From: the human T2T-CHM13v2.0 reference genome, Homo sapiens | Strand: one strand, 5' to 3' | Assembly: GCF_009914755.1 (NCBI RefSeq) | Contig: NC_060936.1 | Length of the DNA: 64,000 bases | Part shown: piece by piece, positions 44,408 through 59,869 of the stretch | How positions within the stretch are numbered: the stretch's first letter is position 1 | Layout: each line of letters starts with the position of its first letter | Program-made: the position numbers and the translations under genes | Notes under the pieces: model-generated | What the model saw: only the letters and a program-made list of their open reading frames with translations | Database searches by the model: none | What the model was told of the DNA's origin: nothing

Positions 44408-45184
44408 AGGAATTGTGTAGATCCAGTTTTCCATTGACATATAATTCTAAAGTAATTGGAAATATGCTTTCTGTTTTCTTTTCCTGTCTTTCAAAATTTA
44501 TGTTTAAAATATAATTTCCAGAAGGAGGAAAGAACTAACATTGTTTGAATACCACACATTAACTCTACACAACAGGTATTTTTATTGCCATTTTCTTTAG
44601 AGATATAAAAACAAAGTCTTAAATTGATTAAGTAACTTGTCAATTTTTAGATTGCAGAATAAGTCCTGCTCTAGAATTAATACGTGTGTTTAATCATAAC
44701 ATTTATATACTTTTTCTATAATGTTATTATCCTACTCATCACACCTGCAAGAAAAACCTACAGTGCAGAAGATGAAAACTGAAAGATAATTTTTTATCAT
44801 ATAATACTGAAAATATATAGCATGGGAAATCTATTTTAATCTGTTAAAATATCCAACTATCATACAAGATCTGTAGGTGTATTTGCATGTGTAATATTTA
44901 GTTAATCCACTGTATTTTAGGCTCCTCATTGCGGGAGGGTGACACATCTGTTTTGTTTGCTCCTATATCACCAGCGCCTAGTATGGAACCTGGCACAGAG
45001 AAAGAGCTCAATAAATACTGATTGAATGGATGTTCTTGGATGCTCCATTTCACTCACTATCTCATAGATTACTAAACTTTTATACTGCTTTCTAATCTAC
45101 AAATTTTCTTCTTTAATCAGTTTGCTAATTCATTCAGCTTTTGATACACAGGAATAAAATCTAATAATTCATGATGCCATTTTA

Positions 45185-45821
<637 letters not shown>

Positions 45822-45904
45822 TTATTTTGTGGTTTTTGTTGTATGCTACCAGACAGATGGTGCTAGAAAAGAGAACATACTTTGAGAAGCATTCTTACAG
45901 TGGA

Positions 45905-46310
45905 CACTGTTGGAGTCTCACCCAGATCCTCTATTCCAGGGAATTGCCCTCAGCTGACAGAAGTTGCCTGGCCTGCTAGGTTTATACCCCTTTCCTTACA
46001 GCCTGCCTCTCACAACCCCTTCCAGGACACTCCACAGCAAATAACTGACTGAAATGTATGTACCAAAAGCCAGTCCTTTCAGCTCAATGTAAGATTAATT
46101 CTATGGTACAATTTGTGTGTCAGAACTTCCTTGTGGAATCAGACTGAATCTAGTCTGAAACTGAGACCACATTGATGCTTAGCTTTCCCCTCTGTCCTAT
46201 CCTGCTTCCCTATCTTCCTGTGTGACTCCTCCTTTCCTGAAAGAACTTTCTAAATAAAATATTTGAACAAGAATTCTGCTTTCAGGCTCTGCTTCTAGGG
46301 AATTCAGTGC
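45905..46310 (+). mobile_element. ERVL LTR (LTR16-like)
   Basis: gggaattgccctcagctg..aataaa..caggctctgcttctagggaa. Confidence 0.55.
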
Positions 46311-46480
46311 AACAATATAGGAAAACACAGAGTAATGTGAATTAACATTTCTAATATAAATGTTTGATACAAGTAATCAGAACCCGAGCCAAAAACTGAC
46401 ATTCTGTTCAAAAAATTTATCCTTATTTTCAATTACAATATCTACTTCTTTATAATAACTTTTCATCAAAACCTAAAATA

Positions 46481-46665
46481 GGCTGGGCATGATGTCTCAT
46501 CCTGTAATCCCAGCACTTTGGGGCATGGTGTCTCATCCCTGTAATCCCAGCACTTTAGGAGGTCAAGGCTGGAGGACAGCTTGTGCTCAGGAGTTTGAGA
46601 CCAGCCTGGGCAACACAGCAAGACTTCATCTCTACTAAAAATAAAAACAAAACAAAACAAAAATC
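46481..46665 (+). mobile_element. Alu monomer with internal duplication of its 5' end
   Basis: gggcatg..cctgtaatcccagcacttt occurs twice. Confidence 0.8.
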
Positions 46666-46714
46666 CTAAAACAACAGAATAATAATTCCTGAAAGTTAAT
46701 GTGAGTTAATTTTC

Positions 46715-46944
46715 TTTGTTTACATTATACCCTCTGGGGTTTTTACTTTCAATAGTCTTTGGGGTATAGGTGGTTTTTGGTTACATGGATAAGTTCTTTA
46801 GCAGTGATCTCTGAGATTTTAGTCCACCTGTCACCCAAGCAGTGTACACTGTACCCAGTTTGTAGTCTTTTATCTCTCACCCCCCTCACCTTCCCCCACA
46901 GGAGTCCCCAAAGTCCATTATATCACTCTTAGGCCTTTGTGTCC
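46715..46944 (-). mobile_element. Short L1PB 3' end
   Basis: Reverse L1PB tail; perfect 18-bp TSD taatgtgagttaattttc (46697-46714, 46945-46962). Confidence 0.85.
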
Positions 46945-47808
46945 TAATGTGAGTTAATTTTCAATAAATAATTAAATCTATGTGTAAAATAATATAAAAT
47001 CCACTGCTGAAATGAAAAAGGAGTTATACATATGTGTAAAGAGTTTTAATCAACAAACACTGACAGTCACAAACACTGAATTACCAGTCATTTATCAAAT
47101 ATTTAAGTGGTTTTAAATATTTGAAACTACTAAGGTAGATCCCTTATATGCAAATATAAATACAATATGTTACTTAATATAAAGGAACGTAGAATCCTCC
47201 TAGATGAAATGGATCTCTAAACAGATAAATGATTCCTAAACTAACTACTAATTTTTAAATAATGATAATTATAGAAAAACTTAAAAATTATCAAAATTCT
47301 ACTGTTTGGAGATTAATATTAAATTAATTTAACATTCTTTATAAATATATATCCTTTTAATTCTTTTCCTATGTTAAATATATAGAAACACATTTTAATA
47401 AAAAATAAGATTACTTATATATACTATTTTATAATCTGCTTTTAAAAAATTACAGTATATTCTCAGTATATCCTCATGTAATTAAATATTCTTCTATAAC
47501 ATCAATTTCAAGGATGCACAGTATTGCATTATATGGGTGTATCATATTTTGTTTACATAATTAATTAATTATTATTGGATGCTGATTTTTTGCAGTATTG
47601 CTTTCTTATTAGTGTTGCTACAGTGAACCTGTGAAACTAAATCCATGTGAACATAAATGATTATTTACTTGGGATAGATTTGTAAAGTGGAATTGCTGAA
47701 TCAAAGCAGTGAGTGTTTCTAAGGCTTTTGTTATTTATCACAAAATTGTCTTTATGATTGTGCCCATTTCACCAAACTTTAGCCAGTAATGACTGCAAGT
47801 ATATACAT

Positions 47809-48100
<292 letters not shown>

Positions 48101-48480
48101 TTATATACATATATACATATATAAATATATGTATAAGTATATACAAATATACATATATAAATATATGTATAAGTATATACAAATATACATATATAAGTAT
48201 ATGTATAAGTATATACAAATATACATATATAAGTATATACAAATATACATATATAAGTATATGTATAAGTATATACAAATATACATATATAAGTATATGT
48301 ATAAGTATATACAAATATACATATATAAGTATATGTATAAGTATATACAAATATACATATATAAGTATATGTATAAGTATATACAAATATACATATATAA
48401 GTATATGTATAAGTATATACAAATATACATATATAAGTATATATAAAAATTATATTTTTTATATTTTATATATATATAAT
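48101..48480. repeat. AT-rich 36-bp minisatellite (atatacaaatatacatatataagtatatgtataagt), ~9 copies
   Basis: Seen directly; 12-aa periodicity in ORF track. Confidence 0.95.
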
Positions 48481-48559
48481 TCTTGTTAAAAATTACAAGA
48501 TTTTTTGTCCAATTTGATAAGTGAAATGGTACCATATTTAAGTTGTTTTTCTCTGCATA

Positions 48560-48845
48560 CTAGAGATGGAGTCTCCGTCTTGTCGCCCATGCTGGAGTGC
48601 AGTGGCACAATCTCGGCTCACTGCAACCTCTGCCTCCTGGGTTCAAGTAATTCTCCTGCCTCATCCTCCTGAGAAGCTAGGATTACAGGCACCCATCACC
48701 ATGCCCAGCTAATTTTTGTACTTTTAGTAGAGACAGGGTTTTGCCATGTTGGCCAGGCTGGTCTTGAGCTCCTGACCTTAGGTGATCCGCCCGCCTCGGC
48801 CTCCCAGATTGCTGGGATTACAGGCATGGGCCACCACGCCTGGTC
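48560..48845 (-). mobile_element. Alu (S-type), tail not retained
   Basis: Alu dimer reverse. Confidence 0.9.
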
Positions 48846-48971
48846 ATTTTTTTTTTACTTCTAATAGATAATTCATAATACAATTTAGTTTTTAAATGGA
48901 AATATTAATAATATTTCAGGCAATAAAAATATAAAATAAATGATTTTTATTAGTAATATTTCCATAAAGAT

Positions 48972-49942
48972 TGATTTGTTATCTTATGACCCTGTTCATG
49001 AACTAGGTACTACTATTGTCTCCCATTTTCTGAATGAAGAAACTAAGGCTTAGAGAGGCTAAGTCACCTAAGATAAAATATAAGAGAGCCAAATTCTAAC
49101 CCCAGGCTGCCTAAATCCAGATTCTGAGTTGTTAATCTCTACCATACATTCCCACCTTTAAATGCAAACTTGCAAACTGTCAAAATGAAATTACAATTTT
49201 TTAAAAATGACATATTGGGGAACACCAAACATATACCTGGACCCAACCTATCTTTCCAGCCTTCATTCCTATCATTTCCCAGAAGTCTTCTCCTATATCA
49301 TCCTTCAAGGCTCAATCTTTAACATAAACCCCTCTGTTAAATCTCCTCAATCTTTTTTGTTTGAATTAATACATTTCACTTCTTATCTTATAATAGTTTT
49401 AGTTTGAACTAATAGATTTCATTAATTATAACAGTTTTTGATTTATTAAAAAAATTGAACAGAAAGATCAGAGAATTTACACGTACTCTCTCTGCCTTTT
49501 GGGCACTCCCCTGATTTTTGAAGGCAGAAATAGGCCCTCCCTTTGCTGTGTGCTCATAATAACATATACACAATTCAGTATTCTATTTAATCCACATAGC
49601 AGTTATACTTCACAGTAAACTGCAAGTTTCTTGAGAACAGGTATGTTTTATTGATCTGTTTCCCAAAGGCCTAGCACGGTTTCCACCATATACCATGTGT
49701 ATAATTGCAAAATAGAAGTTACCAGGCACTTGTGAAGCCTGATTTGTTATCTTATGACCCTGTTTGTGAACTAGGTACTATTATTGTCTCCCATTTTCTG
49801 AATGAAGAAACTAAGGCTTAGAGAGGCTAAGTCATTGAAGATAAAAATGGGAGAGCCAGATTCTATCCCAGGCTGTCTAAATCCAGATTTTGAGTTGTTA
49901 ATCTCTACCATACATTCCCACCTTTAAATGCAAACTTGCAAA
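48972..49942 (+). repeat. Spaced direct duplication of ~205 bp (48972-49176, 49740-49942) containing a MIR
   Basis: Both run tgatttgttatcttatgaccctg...aaatgcaaacttgcaaa at roughly 90% identity. Confidence 0.93.
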
Positions 49943-50663
49943 TAGTTTAAAATTTGTTTCCTCATCCATTAACTGGAGTTATATCAAACAACCTACATAC
50001 CTCATAGGGTGGTTGGGAAAATTGACATAATTCTCTATTTTGCAAGCTATTTTGATAATTATTAGTATTGTTTTCAGTTGGGATGTCTTTATCAAGGCTC
50101 CAATTTAGTATAGTTTAGCCACTATACTACACATAAGGAATGGAAAAATAAAAGAAATAAGAACCTTAAGAGAATGAAGTTACCAAAGTCCAAACACACA
50201 TAATATATAAGTGCTGTTATACAGGTAGCTATTAATATATCAACAATGTGAGATGGAAGAATTAAGTCCACATGTGAGACTCAGAGAGAGTTTCACAGGG
50301 AGGAAATGCTGGCTTAAAAGTGTCCCTACGTTACTAGACAAGAGCTTCTGTCCTTTTTTCCAAACATTTTCTTGCCATTTAAAATATTTTTATAGATTTA
50401 GGGGATACAAATACAGTTTTGGATATGAATATATTACATAGGGCTGAAGTCTGGGTTTATAGTGTAACCATCACCTACATAGTGTACATTTTACTAAACC
50501 GATAATTTCTCGTCCTTCACTCCCCTCCCACCTCTCACCTTTTGGATTCTTCAAAGTCTCTATGTCCATGTGTACACATCGATTAGTTCCCACTTATAAG
50601 AACATGAGGTATTTGACTTTCTGTTTCTGAGTTATTTCAGTTACTATAATGGCCTCAAGTTTT

Positions 50664-52217
50664 GTTTTGTTTTGTTTTGGTTTGTTTTTTTGAGCAACAA
50701 GGCTGTTTATTTCACCTGGGTGCAGGCGGGCTGAGTCCGAAAAGAGAGTCAGCAAAGGGTGGTGGATTATCATTAGTTCTTAAAGGTTTTGGGATAGGTG
50801 GTGGAGTTAGGAGCAATGTTTTGCGGGCAGGGGGTGGATCTCACAAAGTACATTCTCAAGGGTGGGGAGAACTACAAAGAACCTTCTTAAGGATGGGGAA
50901 GATTACAAAGAACCTTCTTAAGGGTGGGGGAGATTACAAAGTACATTGATCAGATAGGGCAGGGCAGAAACAAATCACAGTGGTGGAATGTCATCAGTTA
51001 AGGCTATTTTCACTTGTTTTGTGGATCTTCAGTTGCTTCAGGCCATCTGGATGTATACGTGCAGGTCACAAGGGATATGATGGCTTAGCTTGGGCTCAGA
51101 GGCCTGACATTCCTGTCTTCTTATATTAATAAGAAAAATAAAACAAACTAGTGGTAAAGTGTTGGGGCGGCGAAAATTTTTGGGGGTGGTATGGAGAGAT
51201 AATGGGCGATGTTTCTCAGGGCTGCTTTGAGCGGGATTAGGGTTGACGTGGGAACCTAGAGTGGGAGAGATTAAGCTGAAGGAAGATTTTGTGGTAAGGG
51301 GTGATTTTGTGGGATTGTTAGAAGGAGCATTTGTCATATGGAATTATTGGTGATGGCCTGGATGCTGTTTTGTATGAATTGAGAAACTAAACGAAAGACA
51401 CAAGGTCCGAATAAAAGAAGGAGAAAAATAGGTATTAAAGGACTAAGAATTGGGAGTACCCAGGATGTCCAATTAGAGATTGTCCGAGGGGATTCAACGT
51501 TATTGTTTGCTTGGTTGGCGAGTTTTTGGGCTCTAACCTTGACTTTTTTTATGTTGTCATATACCAGGCCAGATTGATTTAGGTAAAAACAACACTCTTC
51601 ATTTAAAAATGTACAGAGTCCTCTCTTTTTTAACAGTGAATAAGTCGAGGACTTCACGATTTTGGAGGAAAGACAAATGCAAAGCCAGCAATTGTTTGTT
51701 AAAGAAGGATTAGAAATGGCTAGGAGAGAGTGAGTTTGATAGTGTGGTGGAGATAGCTGGGGAGAGGTAGAGGGTGGCATAAGAACGGGAATGAGAATAA
51801 GAGTGAGTATAAAAGTAAATAATGGGACTTCATCAGGGTGAAAGTATTGGAGGGTACCTTGCCGCAGAAGATCTTCTATCCACTTCAAGAGAGACTTAAC
51901 GGTGGCGATTTGAGGTAAAACCAGGAGCCACTAAATACCAAAAGCCTGAGAAACTGAGGTGGGAAGGCCAAACCGAGGAACTATGTCTGACAGAAGGGAA
52001 GAAATGACCGCGGTGGCCTTCTCAGACCCTGTGGGAAAGGCCTCTACCCATCCAGTGAAAGTGTCTACCCAGACCAAGAGGTATTTTAGTTTCCTGACTT
52101 GAGGCATGTGAGTAAAGTCAATTTGCCAGTCCTGGGCGGGGGCAAATCCCTGAGCTTGATGTGTAAGGAAGGGAGGGGGCCTGAACAATCCCTGAGGAGT
52201 AGTAGAATAGCAGATGG
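50664..52217 (-). mobile_element. Polyadenylated 5'-truncated HERV-H retrocopy (IN fragment, env remnant, PPT, U3-R of LTR7 at 50691-51109)
   Basis: LTR stops 15 nt after AATAAA then A-rich tail; no U5, no 5' LTR; TSD aagtttt (50657-50663, 52218-52224); WQIDFTHMP..VDTFTGWVEAFP integrase. Confidence 0.88.
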
Positions 52218-52617
52218 AAGTTTTATCCATGTTGCTGCAAAAGACATGATTTCATTCTTTTTATGGCTGAGTAGTATTCCATCGTGTGTGTGTGTATGCA
52301 TATCACGTTTTCTTTATCCAGTCATTGATTGTTGGACACAAGTTTATTCTATATGTTTGTTATTGTGAATAGTGCTGCAATAAACATAAAAGTACAGGTA
52401 TCTTTTTTATACAACTATTTCTTTTCATTTGGGTAGATACCCAGTAGTGAGATTGCTAGCTCGAATGTCAGTTCTATTTTTAGTTATTTGAGAAACCTTC
52501 ATACTGCTTTCTACAGAGGTTGTATTAATTTACATTCCCACCAAAGTGTTTAAGAGTTCCCTTTTCTCTGCATTCTCACCAACATCTTTTGTTTTTCTGA
52601 CTTTTGAATAATAGCTA

Positions 52618-53000
<383 letters not shown>

Positions 53001-53432
53001 TCATGTTTGTTGGCCATGTGTATATCCTCTTTTGAAACTTGCCTGTTCATGTCCTTTGCCCATTTTTAAATGGGTTTGTTTGCTTTTTACTTGTTTGAGA
53101 TCCTTGTAGATTCTGGATATTAATCCTTTCTTGGATACACAGCTTGCAAATCTTTTCTCCCATTCTGTAGATTGTCTTTTACCTGTTGATTACTTCTTTT
53201 GTGGTACAGAAACTTTTTAGTTTAATTGTCTCATTTGTATATTTCATTGTTGTTGTTGCATTTGCTTTTGATGTGTTAGTCATAAGTTATTTGCCTATGA
53301 CAATGCCTAGAAGATTTTCCCTAGGTTTTCTTCTAGGATTTTTATAGTTTTAGGTATTACATTTAAGTCTCTAATCCATCTTCAGTTAATTTACAAACTT
53401 TAAATCAACAGTAGTTAAAAAAAAAAGTCTTT

Positions 53433-53779
53433 ATATATATATATTTTTAATTATACTTTAAGTTCTAGGGTACGTGTGCACAATGTGCAGGTTTGTCACA
53501 TATGTATATATGTGCCTTGTTGGTTTGCTGCACCCATTAACCCATCATTTACATTAGGTATATCTCCCAATGCTATCCTTCCCACCTCCCCCCACCCCAC
53601 AACAGGCCCGATGTGTGATGTTCCCCACTCTGTGTCCAAGTGTTCTCATTGTTCAATTCCCACCTATGAGCGAGAACACGCGGTGTTTGGTTTTCTGTCC
53701 TTGCGACAATTTGCTCAGAATGATCGTTTCCAGCTTCATCCACTTCATCCATGTCCCTACAAAGGACATGAACTCATCC
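53433..53779 (-). mobile_element. Short L1PA 3' end
   Basis: ttatactttaagttctagggtac..aaaggacatgaactcatcc; TSD aaaaaaaa(a/g)gtcttt. Confidence 0.9.
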
Positions 53780-54306
53780 AAAAAAAAGGTCTTTATATAA
53801 TGATAAAGAGATCAATTTAACAAAAAGATCTAGCAATCCTAAATATATATGCACCCAACACCACAGCACCCAAATTCATAAAGTAAATACTACTAGACCT
53901 AAGGAAATAGATAGACAGCAACACAATAATAGTGGGGGACTACACACTGACAGCATTAGACATACCACTGAGGCAGAAAGTCAAAAAAGAAACTCTGGAC
54001 TTCAATCAGACTCTAGACCAAATGAATCTAACAGACATTTATAGAACATTGTGCCCAACAATTGCAGAATATATATTCTTTTCATCAATGCATGGGCCAT
54101 TCTCCAAAATAGAACATATGTTAGGCCACAAAATAACTCAATACATTTTAAAGAATCAAAATTATATCAAGTATCTTCTGGGACAACAGTGTAATAACAC
54201 TAGAATAATACCCAGAGGAACTCTCAAAACTATACAAATACATGGAAATCAAACAACCTGATTCTGAATGATATTTAGGTTGATAACAAAATTAAAGTGG
54301 AAAGTA

Positions 54307-54712
<406 letters not shown>

Positions 54713-57294
54713 CTACGTCAAAAAGAAAGATCACAAATTAACAATCTAACATTGCACCTCAAGAAAACAGCAAAACAAGAAAAACCAAAGGTAGCAGAAG
54801 AAAATAAATAACATAACAGGACTAAGTGAAATTGAGACCAAAAACAATATAAAGCATCCATAAAACAAGGAGTTGATTTTTTGAAAAGATAAACAAAATT
54901 GATAGACCACTAGCTAGAAAGACCAACAAAAAACAGCAGACTCAAATAAACACAAACAGAAATGAAAAAGAAGTTACTACTGATACCACAGAAATAAAAA
55001 AGATCATCAAAGAATACAGTGGGCATACTATGAGCATGCACAAACTAGAAAACCTAGAGAATATGGATAAATTCCTGGAAAAAAATCTCTTAATACTGAA
55101 CCAAGAAGAAATAGAAATCCTGAACAGACCAATAACTAGTAGTGAGATTGAATGAGAAATAAAAAAATCTCCCTACAAAGAAAAGCCCAGGACCACAGGG
55201 ATTCATAATCAAATTCTACCAGAATTACAAAGACGAACTGGTACCAATCCTACCAAAACTGTTTCCAAAAATCGAGGAGGAGGGAATTTTCCCTAACTCA
55301 TTCTACAAAGCCAGTATCATCCTGATACCAAAGCCAGACAAGGACACAACGGAAAAGGAAAACTATGAGTCAATATCCCTGATGAACATAGATGTGAAAA
55401 TCCTCAGCAAAATACTAGCAAACTAAATCCAAAAGCACATCAAAAAGATAATACACTATGATCAAGTGGGTTTTATTCAAAAGATGCAAGGATGGTTCAA
55501 CATATGCAAACTCATAAATGTGATTCACCACATAAACAGAATTAAAAACAAAAATCATATGATCATCTCAATAGGTGCTGAAAAGCCATTTGGCAAAATT
55601 CAGCATCCTTTCACAATAAAAACCCTCAAGAAACTAGGCATAGAAGGAACATACATCAAAGAATAAAAGCCATATATGATAAAACCACAGCAAATATCAT
55701 ACTGAATGGGGAAAAGTTGAAAGCATTTCCCCCAAGAACTGGAACAAGACAAAAATGCCCACTTTCACCACTCTTATTCATCAGAGAACTAGAAGCCCTG
55801 GCTAAAGTAATCTGGCAAAAGAAATAAATAAAAAGTATCCAAATTAGAAAAGAGGAAGTCAAATGATCTCTGTTCACTGATGATATGATCTTATACCTAG
55901 AAAACCCTAAACACTCCTCCAAAAGAGTCCTAGACTTGATAAATTACTTCAGTAAAGTTTTAGGATACAAAATCAATGTACAAATATCAGTAGCATTTCT
56001 GTATACCAAAAACAATCAAGCTGAGAACCATATCAAGAACTTAATCCCATGTACAGTAGCCACAAAAAATTCAAATGCCTAAAAATAAATTTAACCAAGG
56101 AAGTAAAAGATCTCTACAAGGAGAACTACAAAACATTGATGAAAGAAATCACAGATGACACAAACAAGTGGGAAAACATCTCATGCTCATGAATTAGCAG
56201 AATTAATATTGTTAAAATTACCATACTATTTAAAGCAATCTACATTTATTTAATGTAGATTTATTCAATGCAATTCCTATCAAATTACCAATGTGATTTT
56301 TCACAGAATTAGGAAAAATAATTCTAAATTTATATGGAACCAAAAAGGAGCCCAAATAGCCAAAGCAATTCTAAGCAAAAAGAATAAAGCTGGAGACATC
56401 ACATACTGGTATAAAAATAGATCAGTGGAACAGAATACAGAACCAAGGAACAAAGCCACATACCTACAACCAACAAATCTTTGACAAAGTCAAGAAAAAT
56501 ATACATTGGAAAGGACACCTTATTCAACAAATGGTGCTGGGAAAATTGGATAGCTGATATGGTTTGGCTCTGTGTCCCTGCCCAGTGAGGTGTCAGAGCA
56601 CTGGCACCAGAAAGAGATCGACTCGCAAGTTGGTAAAAATAATTTACCAACAACAGTATAAGTTTGAAAAAGCAAAGTTTATTAGAACGGAAGAATGCTG
56701 CAAAAGGATGCAGTGGAGTGCCTCACTGAGAAGATTGAGTGATTCCTTAGGGGTATTTATGGACCTTAAGGTGGGAGCTCAGGGTTGTAAAACGAGTTTC
56801 AGCATGGCATTCCAGAGATATATAGTTTTAGGTACTTATAAAAGTTGAAAGGGTCCTGGAACCAGATGTAACCAGGTGGCCTTGCTCCTTTCTAAATTCC
56901 TCAGATAAGGAATTTTTGTCTCTGGGGTCTGTTAAATGGTCACTAGGTGATTTCTGCTCTCCTCGTTTTCCCCCTGGCAAATATTTTGGTCAAATCTTTG
57001 ACCCTTTATATTCCCCCATGCTCATGTCTATGTGCTGCCTTTTGGGGTCTCAATAAGAGGGGCATCAAGTGGGGTCTAATAAGAGGGACATCAAGTCTGT
57101 CTGGCTACTTCCTGCTGAAAGGAGCAATGAAGGGATAAGTTGTGTTTTTCTCTTTCTTGCTCTCTGTCATGAAGGGAATAAAGGGTCATGAAAAACTCAT
57201 TCATGGCGGGGGCAGGAGGCAGAGACCAGATTCTATCACGAGGCCCCATGTAAATGGAAGTTGCTGTTGCAGGCTGGAATTGAGATTACATAGC

Positions 57295-58660
<1,366 letters not shown>

Positions 58661-59860
58661 AAGATAAGATCTTTATGAGTGCTAGAGATCCTATTTGTAT
58701 GGGGGATTAAGATAAGACCCCAAAATTGAAGTCTTTGTGTGGATGTTTGTACCTTAGAAGGAGATACTTTGTACTCACAATCAGAACGATTGTTTAGTAC
58801 TAATACTGTATTTTGATCTGAAACTGTTAGGACTACAGATTAGCACATACTGGAGTGGATTGCTATCTGGGAGAAGCTGCAGGGTGGACAGGTCTTTAGC
58901 TAGGGGCTGTCCAAAAAGGTGGGGGCTATCTCTGAATCCTTGAAGCAAAACTGTCCAAGTTAACTGCTGAGTTATTTGAGTGTCTGGGTCTTGCCATTCA
59001 AAAGCAAATAAAAATTGTCTATCCAGGTGTACAGGAATGAAGAAAAAGGCATCCTTAAGATCAAGTACAGTAAGCCTCCTTAAGATTAAGTACAGTAAGC
59101 CAAGCTGTGGTGGAGGGAATTTGTTCAAAAAGGGGGTAAGGGTTTGGGACAATAGGATTAATAGGAATAACAGCTTCATTAATAATTCTAAGGTCCTGTA
59201 CTAGTTGGTAGGAGCCATCTTGTTTCTTTACAGCTAAAATGGGAGTGTTGCAAAGCGAGTTACATGGGCGCAATAATTCATGGCTTAAAAGTTTTGTTAT
59301 TAGGGGCTTTAACTCTTTTCATGCTTCTGGTTCCAAGGGATGTTGGAGGGTTCTGGGAAACTTATTGGGATTTTTAAGCTGAATGACGATGGGAGCAGCT
59401 GATAATTGAATGGCCAGGAATAGAAGTATTCCAAACTTCAAATGGCACTTGTTTTAGAATGCAAGGTTCTATAGACTGTAGTGGCTCTTTCAGTGAAGTA
59501 TGAGTTAAAACGGCTAGAAATTGAGGCCTTAACTGTAAATTAACTTGTAATTCTGTGAGTAAATCATGAGCCAGTATTGGAACAGGGCAGCTTGGCAAGA
59601 TTAAAAAGGAGTGAGTAAAGGAATAGCCTTCCATTTTACAAGGGAGTGGTGGTGTGAAACAGCCTCATTGAGGTTTTCCATCAATACCTGTAAGGAAAAT
59701 GGAGGACTGGCACATTGGGATGTAATAAACGTTTAAAGCTGAATAACTGGCCCCTGTATCTATACGGAACATTATTTCTTGTTCAGCCGCAATCAAATTT
59801 ACCCAAGGCTTGTTCACAGAGATGGAAAAGATAGGGGCCTGGACGGCCTCAAGGCCCCAT
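58661..59860 (-). pseudogene. pol: ERV1 pro and RT, disrupted
   Basis: DTGA at about 59749-59760; NTPILAVKK, YQLVQDLR, LDLKDAFF, QGFRDSPHLFGQ; catalytic DD missing (QYVLICS); 25-bp duplication 59052-59101. Confidence 0.9.
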
Positions 59861-59869
59861 CAGTCATCT

